In this document: positions 10,642-23,292 of the stretch, piece by piece
Layout of the letters: each line of letters opens with the position of its first letter
How positions within the stretch are numbered: the first letter of the stretch is position 1
Assembly: GCA_024704765.1 (NCBI GenBank)
Contig: JAKMXF010000301.1
Coordinates: 53,945 to 117,944 of the forward strand
Reading direction: 5' to 3'
Source: Oopsacas minuta
Taxonomy: Eukaryota; Animalia; Porifera
DNA: 64,000 nt
Made by a program: the position numbers and the translations under genes
The notes under the pieces: generated by a model
Database searches by the model: none
Told to the model about the DNA's origin: nothing
Seen by the model: only the letters and a program-made list of their open reading frames with translations

Positions 10642-12181
10642 TTAAAGAATATTAGAGATTGAGTTTACATATTTAGTAACAGTTTTTCCATAAGGTATAA
10701 TCCCCTCAAATATGTATCAAAGGGAAAAACTACACCCCTGGTTCATTATTATATAATAGCTAGTTATATATATATGCAATAATCTTTCTAATAGGAAACT
10801 TGACTTTATACCACTAATTCAATAATAGAAATGACAAATAATATTATTGAGCCATGAATGTTAAAATTAATGAAATCGCAGAAATGACGTCATATTCCCA
10901 ATAGTGGTAATACTACGGAAAATTTAAATGAAATTTTTGAAATTTACTGTGCCGATTTACTATAGAGACCGCATAAAACATGCCTCATTATAATGGTTAG
11001 CCTAATATGCCATTATGGCGATTTTGGCACACTGTGCCATGATCGCTTCTTATACTTGCTATATGGTGTTGAATAGTACACCCATGTCTCATCATCAGTA
11101 ATAATCTCTGTTAGGCGTCTAGAATCGCAGTTCTCATAAGTTTCCAAGAGTTTCTTGGCAATATTCAGTCATGCCAACCTTTGATTCTCACTGAGCTTAT
11201 GCGGGACCCATTTCCCACAAATCGATCGGTAGCCAAGCTCAGTAGTCAGAATTGTATGAATAACTCCCGATGAAATCTCCATGCTTTGTTCTAACTGATT
11301 GACAGTAATGCACTTGTCTTCCATGACCATACTTTCAATGAGTGCGATATTCTCTGAAGTGGTGGTGGATATCGGTCTTCCAGATCGAGGCAAATCTGTG
11401 ACATCAGCATCACCAAATCTAAAACGGGCAGCCCATCGCTGTAGAGTAGATCTGGAAGGACAATCCACGCACAATATCTCCTGTAACTCGCTGAATATCT
11501 GTACGGGCTGGATCTTGAGTATTGTGCGAAACTCTATGTAAGCTCGCCATTTGAAGTTGAAATTATCATCCGTTGAAGCCATAAATTCAACAGTGGGTAT
11601 AAATTGACTACACGTAACTATCTCAAAGATCCCTAATTTGTATTGAATAAGCTTGAAACTTTCAGTATATGGAGTTTAACTATATGGGCTTATAATATAT
11701 GAAAGTTAGATATATTACATGACTAATTCCTAAGATATATCATGATCCGCAAGACTTATTGAACGCCCTGATATAACAGAACTTATTAGATACCCTGTAG
11801 CTGTCGATTAAAGTGATATATTTTTGGTTCTCTTATAATATACATCGTTTAAGCATATTAAAATATCGTACAAAATTAATCATTTATGCATATTGAATGA
11901 AGGAGCATATTGAACGATTGGTATTATATTTTTGAAATATCCTTCCGAGTTACAACATAGGTTTAGCAGGTGGTTACATAAAACTTCTTCAAAAGCCTAC
12001 AGCTGTATATACGGCTAATGTAATGCATATATTATTGGAAATAAATATTTAGTTTCCAGTTTTCTATGATAAGTTTCTTTATACAATTGACTTCTAATTA
12101 TCATTGAGAGTCAACTCATATTAGCTCACTAGCAAGTAGGCAGTGTGGTAAATTGATGTATCGAATACAAATAGTTCGATA

Positions 12182-14103
12182 CAGTCGACTCTCGTGAATA
12201 CGAACAGCGATAATGAGTACAATCGGATAAGGAGTACGAATTTGGATTCCCGCCTAAAACATGGCCAAATGTATACAAACGAACTCCGGTTAACAAGAAC
12301 ACGGATAATACGAATTATCGGATAGGACCTGGTGTACAATTGAGTCTATATAGATATTGAAAGAGATTTTTGATAATAATTACATCACTGAAGCTGTATG
12401 TGTTGAAAAAGGTGGGATTTGTTGATGTAAAGCAATAACTGGCTCATAGTGGTGATGGCATATTGCTAAATACATTGCAGGAGTTGAAAAGCCATCATGT
12501 GTAATGTGAAACCGATGCATCTTGACCCGCCCAAACAATCTTCATCATTGTTGTGGAAGTTAGAAATGAAGATATATACTCCAAGGATATTGGATGAGCT
12601 AAAATTTCGATCTCAGTACTCCATACATGAGTAAGGTCCATCTGAGAATGAAATAAATATTCAGTAGGTGAGAGGGTTAAACTTTGATTCAAGGTATCGT
12701 GAAATGAAGCTTGTCCTTGGACAGCTATGTATTCTAAGATGGATTCAGTTAGAGTAAACATCGGAACGAGTTTCCGCATATATAATCAAAGAAGTAATAT
12801 AACAGTGGTAGCAATTCTGAAATGAATATCCATGGTACCAGTAATCTGGAACGGTAGCAATTATGACACATAATAGTACAAACGTTTCTGAAATTTACAT
12901 GAAATCACTTAGCACCTAAATACATAATTGTAAATGCTACAAAGAACTTCCTTCTTACACTTTCAGGAAATGAAGATGATAATCGGTGTTGAAAAAATGA
13001 AAAATCGAAGACGTTGACAAAGACAAAGATTGCTAAAAGTTTTCAAATACCAAAGACGACGATATCAACAATTATGCGGAATAAGTCCAAAATTTCTGAA
13101 GCCTTTGAACAATCTCAGTTTGAACCGGGGGATAGAGGAAACGAACAGCTTTATACGAAGACCTCGAAGAGGTACTGTTGAACTGGATTGGAAAAGTAAG
13201 GAGTTCAATATGCAGCTTGGAGGTCCAAATATCCTAGAAAAAGCAAATAGTTTCAATCAAAATTAAGTTACAGTACTTTTAAGTGTACGTAGTACTGCGT
13301 GGCTTAAAAGATTTAAAGTCAGATACACCATTAATTTTATAATATTTATGGTGAATATTCGATTGTAACGAGTGAGATTACAGGCGAATGGACTTTAACA
13401 ATTCTTCCAAGCTTGCTCTCGCAATTTGCCCCTATGATGTGCACAATGCAGACGAGACAGGTATGTTCCACAAGGGCTCCCAGACATGATGTTTTTACTG
13501 AAAGGAGAGACTTGCAACGTCGAAAAGCAAAGCAAAGAGTGATTAACCTTTCTTGTTGCAGCAACATGTCAGGGAAAGATAAACTTCCGCACCTAGTCAT
13601 TGTATATATTTGCAACCAACGTGTCCAGGTGTTCCAAAGGTGTCCAGACTATTCCCCTCCAGTACGAAGCTTACAAAAAGGGTGGATGCTGTCACATTAC
13701 TTCACTTTTTGGCTTACCAAGTTGGATAGGAAATTTATGCAGGATGGAAGAAAAGTAGTGGTTGTTGATAGCAGTCCATCCCATCCCAAAATTTAATCTC
13801 AACTCAAAGCTACGTGACTAATGTTTTGCCCCCTAATATAACATCTACACTTCAACCATGTGGCCAGAGCGTTATCAAAAAATTGAAGTAGTACAGGCAT
13901 ATGCAGCTGCAAAAATGGTCTTCGCAGTCGGCAACAAAAGTACACCCGAGACGAATCAATGTGATATAAATATTTAATAGTACACATACCTAACAAGGAA
14001 ATGTGTGATTGGTAGATACCAATAGAACTAATGGTTTGGTGATATCAATTAAAACAAGCACATCTTAGTATACAGCAAATATGAGTGGATTACGAGTTGA
14101 CTG
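12182..14103 (+). mobile_element. Degenerate pogo/Tigger (CENP-B/TIGD-like) transposon; boundaries tentative
   Basis: TA|CAGTCGACTCTCG at 12182 and an imperfect complement (..TTACGAGTTGACTG) ending 14103. Frameshifted transposase at about 12970-14000 with KTKIAKSFQIPKTTISTIMRNK, YEDLEEVLLNWI, GPNILEKA and WLKRFKVR. The left TIR could instead belong to a separate ~170-bp MITE. Confidence 0.65.
12400..12790 (-). pseudogene. Second degenerate OTU-like protease fragment
   Basis: SILEYIA...TEYLFHSQMDLTHVWSTEIEILA, then in another frame AMYLAICHHHYEPVI (OTU catalytic-His loop HYEPV). The Cys loop is barely recognisable (ICGNSFRCL). Confidence 0.6.
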
Positions 14104-16806
14104 TCCAGTTAGTTTAGTCCATGGATTTACATTCTAATACATATATTATGAATTTTCAACATTGTTGAAGAGCAAATCTAATGAAATATAATTTAGCCAT
14201 TATGTAAGTAAATGTAGGCGGAACACTGGGACAAAATTTTCATATTTTCTTATACATCCTACTGTATCATCACTGTAGTATCCGCCTAAGCCACTTACCC
14301 AGTCAATTATGCGAGGGTGTATATACAATCTATAAATAGGGTAGACGGCCCAGATGGTCGATTGAGAAATACACATGTCGAATTACTACTTCAATTTTGA
14401 GATTTTCAAATACTAGTAGAACAAACTATATCATAAATAAGAAGAATTATCCTACTAGGACCGAAGAATCTGATCAAATATTAGGCCAGTGATAGTTAGA
14501 AAAGTGTTTCAGCTTCACCTAAGTAAATACATACATTGGTTATTGTAGTAATATGCGAGAAAGTGTAAATCATCGCTTTCCCAATTTACTAACGTTTAGC
14601 ACAATCAATAGGATTTCAGATGAGAAATAGTTCATGGTTCAGAAAATTACAAACAAACATTACACCAGTTTTCTTGAGACATATAAACATTTTCAACTAT
14701 TAGAAATGTTAAGAAGTTATAGAACTGAACACGCAAGTATGTGGCTTTAGGGTGGAAGTGGTGTCATAAGGTAGGATACATCTGATTTATCCCATAAGGG
14801 GTGACAATAGATCAAGTGATTGATAGGAACTGTTCTGAATGCAGTATTGAAACCCTGGGTACATAGCACTTCAACATCCATCTTGACCATAAGTGTTTTT
14901 GGGCGAGTGAATGAGGATGGGTGAAGATGCTCTGATAAAACAATTGTTTCATGAGCAGAGAGTTTAAGCAATGACAAATAAATGTTCAATCCCAGATGAG
15001 GAATACAATTTCTTAAACATATTGAAAAGCATTACTGAATGTTTTTAACAGATGAAATAAGATGTCCCAAAATAAGTAAGAAATTGGATCAGAAAAGTAT
15101 ACATCAACCGGTACAAGGTTATTTGGAAGCTGAGAAATAATTACTGTAGCCTAAAAACCTCTGGATAACTCATAATAGGACTTGTCATGGAAGATATCTG
15201 AATTTATTGCAATTTTTCACAACAATGTATGCTTTCAAGGACAAATATGTATATATTACACGTGTGCATAAACCGTAACATCGTTGTCATCTAAGGCGCA
15301 AGAGTTTATCTCGGTGCTTGTTGGGCAAATCAAAGTGCCAATTCACCAGCAATAGAGGATACAAAGTGCCGAATGCTAGATTCAGATCAGTATAAGATCA
15401 ATACATTAAGGTACAAAAAGTGCCATCCCAACAGAATCCTGCAAGAAGTTCCGAATAAGAAATTCATGGGTGCACACCTGCTGTAATGTATAAATATCAT
15501 AGTATGTGGATTAAGATATCTAATTCAACATGATACTGAAATAAGTAGACAAAAATGGTAACTTAATTTGCAAATCCTGAAATCTGGTAACCAAAATTCG
15601 TATTCACTTCAAGAATTGATAGCAGACTGAGATTCATAGCAAAGGGCAGGAGTTGATAAATCATTTGAGAGAAGACGCTAAGGCAATTAGTGATAGACTT
15701 TGTGGAATAATAAACTGAGTATCCGGGATAGAATTAACGATACACACTTTCAGCTTTCAATACTTGCGAGGAGAACTCAAAGCACAATATACTTACAATA
15801 AATAATCACATTATTTGCCACTATTCAGCCAATTACATGCTAGAAGTTTACAATTTGAACACAGGGACCACTCAATATGCGAAATAACCTCATGCATGGT
15901 TTTGGTAGTAACCGCGGTAGTAACAATCATACATGACATGGATTCTCAAAACTCTAAATATCTTAAATACAATTTCATATATGAATGAATTATAATATGG
16001 AAATTTTATTTGTAGTTAGTAATATAATGGAACATTTGGAAATTTCGCGGGTTTCGCGGGGTTGGAATAAATAGATAATTAACGATATTAATGCAAAAGT
16101 TTCTAGTGCAATCACAATATTTCTGAAGACGACTGGCAACTAAAAGTTCTTGAACAAGAATAAGGAATTTGATAATCTGAAAATGAGAATTACACTCGTT
16201 CATATATCAACTATGAATTCTGTGGAGATGAAGTTTATTAGAGAAGAGCAAAGGAAGTAGTCATCAGTAAAGTGTGTGGTCATGATCAAACTTATATAGA
16301 ATTTCCAGATACATACAGTGCTTGCCAAGGAAAGTCAGTATAGCTTAAGAAAAAATTATTGAATTCATTTGAAAATAAATGCAATTCAATGTTTCAATTA
16401 TTAGAGAATATAATGCAAATAAAAAATTTCAAATATGTTGAATAAAAATCAGCAAATTATTGTCGAGGATTGTTTATGGTGGGCTTAATATGTAACTATA
16501 TACACAAAGCAGAAACGAAATGTAGTGGTATTGTTTTATTGTCAGTGCCAAGGGCGACCATATGTGTTTTGCAACGATTTCCCCAGTACGAATAGTTAAT
16601 AATCTTTCCACTTTTTGCCCAGAGTTGAGCTACCGTGTGAATCTTTTGACTAAGTATTGGGAATAGCGGGTTAACGGCAGATATTTTGGAGTTCAATACC
16701 AGAGTGTAAACGGATATTTGCATAATGAACTATCACAAATATTGCGTATATATTAAGAACATTGGTAATATGAAACATCCTATACAAAAGGTTTTGACAA
16801 GCTATA

Positions 16807-18114
16807 CGAGGGGCACTCAATAAGTTTTGAGCCTGACTATGTTGCGAGCTCTTTTACAAGTAAACCATTACTTGTTTCGAATAAACATGGGATAAATATA
16901 CTTAGCTGAAAATCTGGTAACTTTATCGTGTATACTTTTCAGATAGCAGTAGTTTTATTATCTATGGATTCCTTAGTTACCAAATCCTCAATACAGTTAT
17001 CAAGGCGTGATATTCGTGCGATAATACTTTTTCAGTTCCAACTTTTGAAAACAATAAAAGAATGTCACGAAAATTTCTGTACAGCCTTTCCAAATAACAA
17101 GGTATCTACGGCAACAGTGAAAAAGATGGTACAGAGAATTTAAGTGTGGGAGTTTTCATCTTGAAAACCAACCCCGCCCTGGACCACCCCCATACGCTGT
17201 TACAGAGGGAATTGTTGAGTCAATTGAGGACATGGTGATAGCAGACCCAAATGTTACATATGAGAGGATTCAGCACGAAATTGGCATTCCATCCGGTGCA
17301 GTGCACACCATTTTACGCCAATCCCTTCAGCTACGTAAACTTTGTGCCCGTTGGATCCCACATCAGCTTAATCCTGAGCAGAAGGAGAGTCGAGTGAAAT
17401 GATACCATGAAATGCTTAAAAAATTCAACAATGGCAACAGTAGAGATGTTTCCAAGATAATAACTGGTGATGAAACATAGATCTATCACTATGATCCAGG
17501 AACAAAGCAGCAGAGCCGTCAATGGTGTGAAATTGGAGAAGGTCCCCCAACAAAAGTTCGCAGAACTCAGTACACCAAGAAACAAATGCATACAAATTTT
17601 CTTAATACAACGGGTGTTAAAACTGTTGTACCTCTTGAACCTGGTAAGACAATTAATTCAACCGGGTACACAGAGAGTTGTTTGCCTCTAGTCATAAAGC
17701 AATAAATTTACAGCGTCCTGGCACAGGATTAAGGGGAACTATTTTGCACCACGATAATGCCAGTTCTCATACATCAGAAGTGACAAGACAATTCATTGAA
17801 GAATCAGGACTACACATTTTGCTACACCCCCTTATCCTCCAGATCTAGCACCCTGCGACTTCTGGCTCTTTCCTAGAATAAAAAACTACCTTAAAGGCAG
17901 AAATTTTTCATCGAATTCTGAACTTGAGGGGGCCCTCAGAGAAGTGATCGGAGACATCAACGAAAATGAATTTATAGAAGCTATTCAAGCTTGGTTTAAA
18001 CGAATGAACAAGTGTATTCAAGCTAAGGGATGCTATTTCGAACAATTATAGTAAAAACAAATATAGATTGATGCTTTTTGATACTTAGGCTCAAAAGTTA
18101 TTGAGTACCCCTCG
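16807..18114 (+). mobile_element. mariner (DD34D) transposon, full length (1308 bp), defective
   Basis: 28-bp TIR CGAGGGGCACTCAATAAGTTTTGAGCCT (2 mismatches), TA TSD on both sides. Fragments ARWIPHQL, TGDET, HDNASSH, DLAPCDFWLFP, GCYFEQL; multiple frameshifts. Confidence 0.92.
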
Positions 18115-18425
18115 TATTCCATTATACTCGCAATCTTACTACTAAAATCTTCACCAGTGATCACTAGAACGAGATAAAAAGCTTAATTGATTCCTAATCT
18201 GTTATGTGAGAAGTAATTGTAGTAAGATCGATATTCATGTATAAATGTGATTTCAATTTAATGATAGATTGAGATAGATAGATCTAGTTAAGACTTACTA
18301 ATTATCTACTTCCCGAAATTTGTTGGTATTGTAAGAATGGTCGTTCAAGGGGATCAGTTTGTAATCGAATTGTAAGAACATATTGACATCCCTTATCATG
18401 CAAATCGGTTATACGGTCTGCTATA

Positions 18426-19768
18426 CAGGGTATCAAACAAATGATGTCGTAATATAGAATGGACAAATAAAACATATTCTTGCAGTGTAGTAATGTGCTC
18501 CTTACTTTCCTATATAACCGTCATTGTTAGCAATAGATAATTTTATCCCATTGGGCATTGAAGCTATAAGATTGGCCAAAACATTCTCCGTCACCTGAAA
18601 CCATCCCAGTTAGAGATTATTTTTTAAACCTTCTTCATTTGTTGAGAGGGGCATTGAATCCAGTTGAGTTTGGAATATTCCCCACAGATTTTCTATAGGA
18701 TTCAAGTCTGGCGAATTCGCAGACCACACTTCTTTGGGCCAAAAACCTTTAAGGTTCCACAAAACACCACTCTTGAGTTCTTTTAGAGGTATGAGCTGGC
18801 GCCCCATCTTGTTGGAAAATGGCCTTGCATATGTTTATGATCATTTTTCGTGTGTAAATGGGTCCATATTTCTTTTTCTTTTAAGTGCAGGTACCAAAGC
18901 TTTTTCAAAATTTCCTCTACATAATATTCTGTATTCATGTTCTTACCTCGTGGAATAAAGTGCAATTCTGATAAGGCAGAGCAAGACATCATACACCAGA
19001 CATTTACTTTCAGAGGGTACTTCACATTCTCTACCGGAAGTATATCATCTCGTTTCCGAGCCTCCACTCGTTTATTTTTGCCGATTCGGAGTATGATAAA
19101 GTTGAAATGGTGATTCATTTGAAAATAGAATTCGTCTCCATTCTTCAACACTCCAGTTCTTCCTCTCTTTGCAGAATTTACATGGGCTTTTTCTGAGAAT
19201 CGGTTAACTTTGGCTGTTTTTGTGGTTTATAAGTAGTAGCATTCAAACTTCTCAAATAATTCAATACAGTAACGTGAGAAAGTGCTACTATGCCTCCCCT
19301 TCCCAAATTCTTGGTCAATATCCTAGTTGATTTGTGAGGTTTGGATAGCGATTTACCAATTATGATTTTCGCTGCTTTGAACGGAATTTTTTTGACCACG
19401 TCCAGGCTTATTTCTCAACGATTCACCACCTCTAGAAAGTGCCCACCAACGCTGTATTGTTCGTAAATTAATCTTCGGAGCATGAGAAACCTTCGTTTGC
19501 GACATGCCTGCTATAATCATACCGATAGCAGGATTGCGGACATCAATAGTGTATTCGGTAACCATAAAAACACTAAATAATGTTAGGAATTTTTATTTTC
19601 CGGTAATGTAGAATATCAGTAAATACCAATTAGAACACTAATTATGATTTCTTGAAGCATTTACAAAAGGTATATTAAGTCAGATAATCATGATTAAATC
19701 GTCTAAATTGGGTACTTAATTAGAGATATAAAATATATAAATTACGACATCAATTGTTTAACACCCTG
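18426..19768 (-). mobile_element. Tc1-like DD37E transposon, full length (1343 bp), defective
   Basis: 28-bp TIR CAGGGTRTYAAACAAWTGATGTCGTAAT, TA TSD. Motifs TIQRWW, PGRG, QQDGAPAH...NSPDLNPIENLW; 37 residues from D to E after correcting a 1-nt frameshift. Confidence 0.9.
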
Positions 19769-21087
19769 TAGCTTGACCTGTACAATGAGGGCATTAAAAG
19801 TAAAGAGTTGAGCCGAATATTTCCATTTTAAGAGCCAATCACTCATGTGTAGGGTTGAATGTTTACTGAATTGATACAACATTTTGTGCTTTCTTATGGA
19901 TCTATGAGTTGTCTGTCCACTGTACCAATCTCGTTTCCTAGTAGAGCTACCGATTTGTCGTACTCTGTTGCATGGGCCAGAATGCCTGTGATTTCCGTTA
20001 ATTCTCCCAACTCTCCGTCACACTATAAGCTCGCCGTATTTACTTATATAATATGGAACAAATAAGTCCGTCCATATGTCCGGCTCTACATATACAGCCC
20101 CTGTCTCTCTTTCCCTTTCTAAGCTAGATAGCGTTGTCGTGATAAGGTATGGTTGATTTGATTGATGAAATGGTTACCCAACGTTCCAAAAATGTGACAA
20201 TCATCATTGATAGTCAGGGATCTAGAACGAATAGTTAAATATCAGTGGAAAATATATTCGAGCAGAAGCAGACGAGTGATAGCTTGGAAGTTACAAATTC
20301 CAACTTGCAAGAGGTCGTAAAAATTCTACAAAGGAGTTAGATAGCATAAAGAATCTATAGCTGACTAGTGCAACACCCCGCGTCACATACTTACAGACAT
20401 CAATGAAATTGGGAAAGAGTAATTGGGTCGTTACCACTTTCTGGGGATGAGGTTGACTTACAAACAAATGTATTATAAATATTATAGCATTTTAATTCCC
20501 GTATTATAAATCTTAGTTATCAGTATTTGTTAGAATAAGTTAAATTAGTATCAAACAATCACGTAAATAAGAGCATATCTTGAGAGCGAAAGATGGCGAG
20601 CTCCTGCCCGAAATATGTTGATTTAAAATATTCAAGGAAAGGCTATCGAAATGTGATGGATAGTAGCAATAATAGAACTTGGGTGCAAGGGTATTTAGTA
20701 ATTGGTTAAGTTTTGAAATATAAAATGTATTATTGGTCATATTATTTTCCAAAATATTTGTCGAATGTAAGTTATGCCATTTTCACAACTTTTCCCAATA
20801 TTGAAATATATAATCCACATCTTGTCATTATTCGTAGCTAGATGTGGTGAAATGTATTATCGTTGAATAGGAATTCATATATAACGAATTTGTTCGTAAT
20901 GTTTGTTTACCCATTTCAATTTTACGCTCGGCAATTACGCAGGGATATTTTAGGACCGTAGACTGATTAAATCAGTTTGGAACTATGCTGGAGGCAATGG
21001 CTGGTATATGAATCTAAGAAACAGTCCACATTTTTGCAGAATAACAATAGTAGGCACTTGCAGAAATAAATGCCTCCATTACAAGTA

Positions 21088-22830
21088 CAGTAGAAGCTCT
21101 CAAACCGGGGCAAAATCTAGCAAACCGGGCACATTGTTTCCATTGTATCCTGCCCTTAGGATGCACTAAGCTGTAGAAATTGTAGCCAATCAATTCTGGA
21201 CAACAAACCGTTGAACAGAGAACAACGAAATTTAATTAATCGCCTAGTTTTCCTTTTTACTATAAAAACTACATGTCTACCATCAAATCTTCACACAAGT
21301 CTGCCCTAACCATCGAACAACGACAAAATGCCCTAAGGATGTTGGATGATGGCAAGAGTGAGGGTATAGTGGCTGAATTCTTCAATGTGGGTAAAGGAAC
21401 AATTAACCGTATCAAATCCAATCACGTGGCCCATTCAGTTGCATATAGACGAAACAGGTGAAACTCCTGAGAACATCAGGAAACGAAAGCACTCTGTTGT
21501 TGTTCCCAAGTACGAAGATATCGACATTGCTGTTATTGAATTCCTGAAATTAGCGGGAGATCGAGGAATGGTCGTAACTGGCCCCTATGCTTCGTACCCT
21601 AGCTGAGAGAGAAGCTAGTGCAAATGGAGTGGAGGGATGGCTTTCGAGAGTGAAGGTGCGTCATGGAATCTGCGGAAGAGCACTTAGCGGTGATGCAGCA
21701 GGTGTTGAGAAGGTGGTTCTCAAGAGTTGGTAAGAGGACTTGCTAGGATCATTGGATGTTATAACCCGGAAGATATCTATAACCTAGATGAAATTGGGTT
21801 ATATTTCAGGGAAACAACGACCAAATCCCTTTTTCTTCTTAAAGATACCACTTATGGAATTAAACAGGACAAATCTCGCCTCACTCTCATGGTCAGTACA
21901 TTCATGCTAGGTGAAAAAGAGAAACTACTCCTGATATAGAAGAGCGAGAAACCAAGAAGGGCTTTGAAAGGTGCAGACATGTCCAAATTACCTATTGTAT
22001 ATAAGGCTCAGAGGAAGGCATGGATGACTAGTCTTATATTTTGCTCTTGGATGAAGGGCTTCGACAACAGAATGTACAAATCAGGTAGGAAAATCCTAAT
22101 GTTCATGGACAATGCAAGTGTCCACAAAGCCTCTGATGTGCTCAGTTTAAAGGCAGTGCAGCTCGCATATTTCCCTTGCAACACCACGAGTTGCACCCAA
22201 CCATTAGTGCCGGTTTTATCCAGTCTCTCAAATTGCTATATCGTAAACAGGTGCATGAGCATCTATTGACACATATGGTGAATATTGACAATATTAATAA
22301 ACCCAACGGTGACCCTTATAAAATGATTACAATAGCCCTTGCTATAGTTTGGGCATCTGGAGCCTCGAATCAAGTGATTGTCCTAACGATCTCCAAATGC
22401 TTTTCAAAGTGCGGGTTTGGAGTTGCAGCTGTTGTCCCCGAGCTACCCATGATCATAAATCCAGAGGAGATTCAAATTCAAAGAGAAGAAAATGGCGAAT
22501 GTGGGATTTTTCCCTTTGTAATCAGTCCTGAAGAGCTCTTTGAGGAAGCGTTAATTAATGTCACACAAAGGCTAAACGTCCATGACAAAGATTGTGGAAT
22601 TGGATGCGATTCTGAGGGTGATTTATCTGAAGCTTTTCCTATCGCGACTTCAAATCCGCACTAGAAGCTATTCGAGTGCTTCAGATGTGCGCCTTGAGTT
22701 GTGGTGATGAGGAAGTTCTTGGGGGAACTTTTAAGCTTGAAAACTACTTGTTGGTGGTAGCTGCAAGACACACCCAAGAACAAAAACAGTGCCAAATTAG
22801 TGACTACTTCGCCAGTACTATTAGGTAATA
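21088..22830 (+). mobile_element. pogo/Tigger transposon (TIGD6-like transposase), degenerate
   Basis: TA|CAGTAGAAGCTCTC left end. HTH-psq (LTIEQR..VAEFFNVGKGTINRI), CENP-B (YEDIDIAVIEF, GWLSRVKVRHG), DDE region IYNLDEIGLYF, KSRLTLMV, AWMTSLIF, FMDNASVH, FPCNTTSCTQPL. Right TIR not found. Confidence 0.85.
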
Positions 22831-23292
22831 ATAATTCCTAAATATAATAATATTGGATAATTCGAAATCCAGTTTTAAAATAGATTAGTAATTGGGGGCC
22901 CAGAAAAAGATTTCACTATAGCAGCTTTAGAATCTCAGAGTCTTAGTGATCAAAATTATGTTTGGAATAAAAGGTGTCATTGTTTATAATATGGCTGAGT
23001 AATAAGTACATAGCAATTACAGTTGGGAGCGTTATGCTCTCTACACTATCCATTTGTTAAGCCGTAATAAAGAGATTGTGAATATGGAATAGAATGTGGG
23101 CGCATAAATAGTGCTGTAGATACAAGGAGAAAGCAGGTTAAAACGTTGGTGTAGTAAATACTCAATGATATCATACTGCTGGTAGCTGTAGAAAAGTGAT
23201 CAATTGCTTGCTATATCATTTTGATAAAATTATGGAAGTTGGTCAAAACAATAAATCCATACCACGTAATTACATGGTAAATATATTAATTA

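Larger units (their letters stand above)
5844..11036 (+). mobile_element. RAG1-like / Transib-superfamily DNA transposon with RSS-heptamer termini
   Basis: CACAGTG at 5844-5850 and CACTGTG at 11030-11036. 5-bp TSD CCATG at 5839-5843 and 11037-11041; the single-copy empty site is visible in the mariner at 63910-63920. Encodes a RAG1/Transib-like transposase. Length is 3102 bp after removing the nested hAT and one TSD copy. Confidence 0.9.
5242..11770 (-). mobile_element. mariner (DD34D) transposon split by the RAG1-like/Transib insertion
   Basis: 24-bp TIR (C)AGGGCGTTCAATAAGTCTTGCGG at both ends. N-terminal ORF 11169-11582 (HTH, SGRP, KWVPHKL) and C-terminal ORFs 5316-5881 (DNASSH...PHPPYSPDLAPCDFWL, D34D). 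About 1.33 kb after removing the insert; near-identical to the uninterrupted copy at 63195. Confidence 0.92.
3994..11797 (+). mobile_element. maT-family (DD37D) Tc1/mariner transposon, outermost layer of a 4-level nest
   Basis: 27-bp TIR CAGGGTGTCTAATAAGTTCTGTTATAC at 3994 and its complement (2 mismatches) at 11771-11797, TA on both flanks. Own sequence is about 1.3 kb once the nested mariner is removed. Confidence 0.9.

Noticed and set aside
14215-14288. Mini-element TAGGCGGA...TCCGCCTA
   Set aside because: Only an 8-bp inverted repeat and no TSD.
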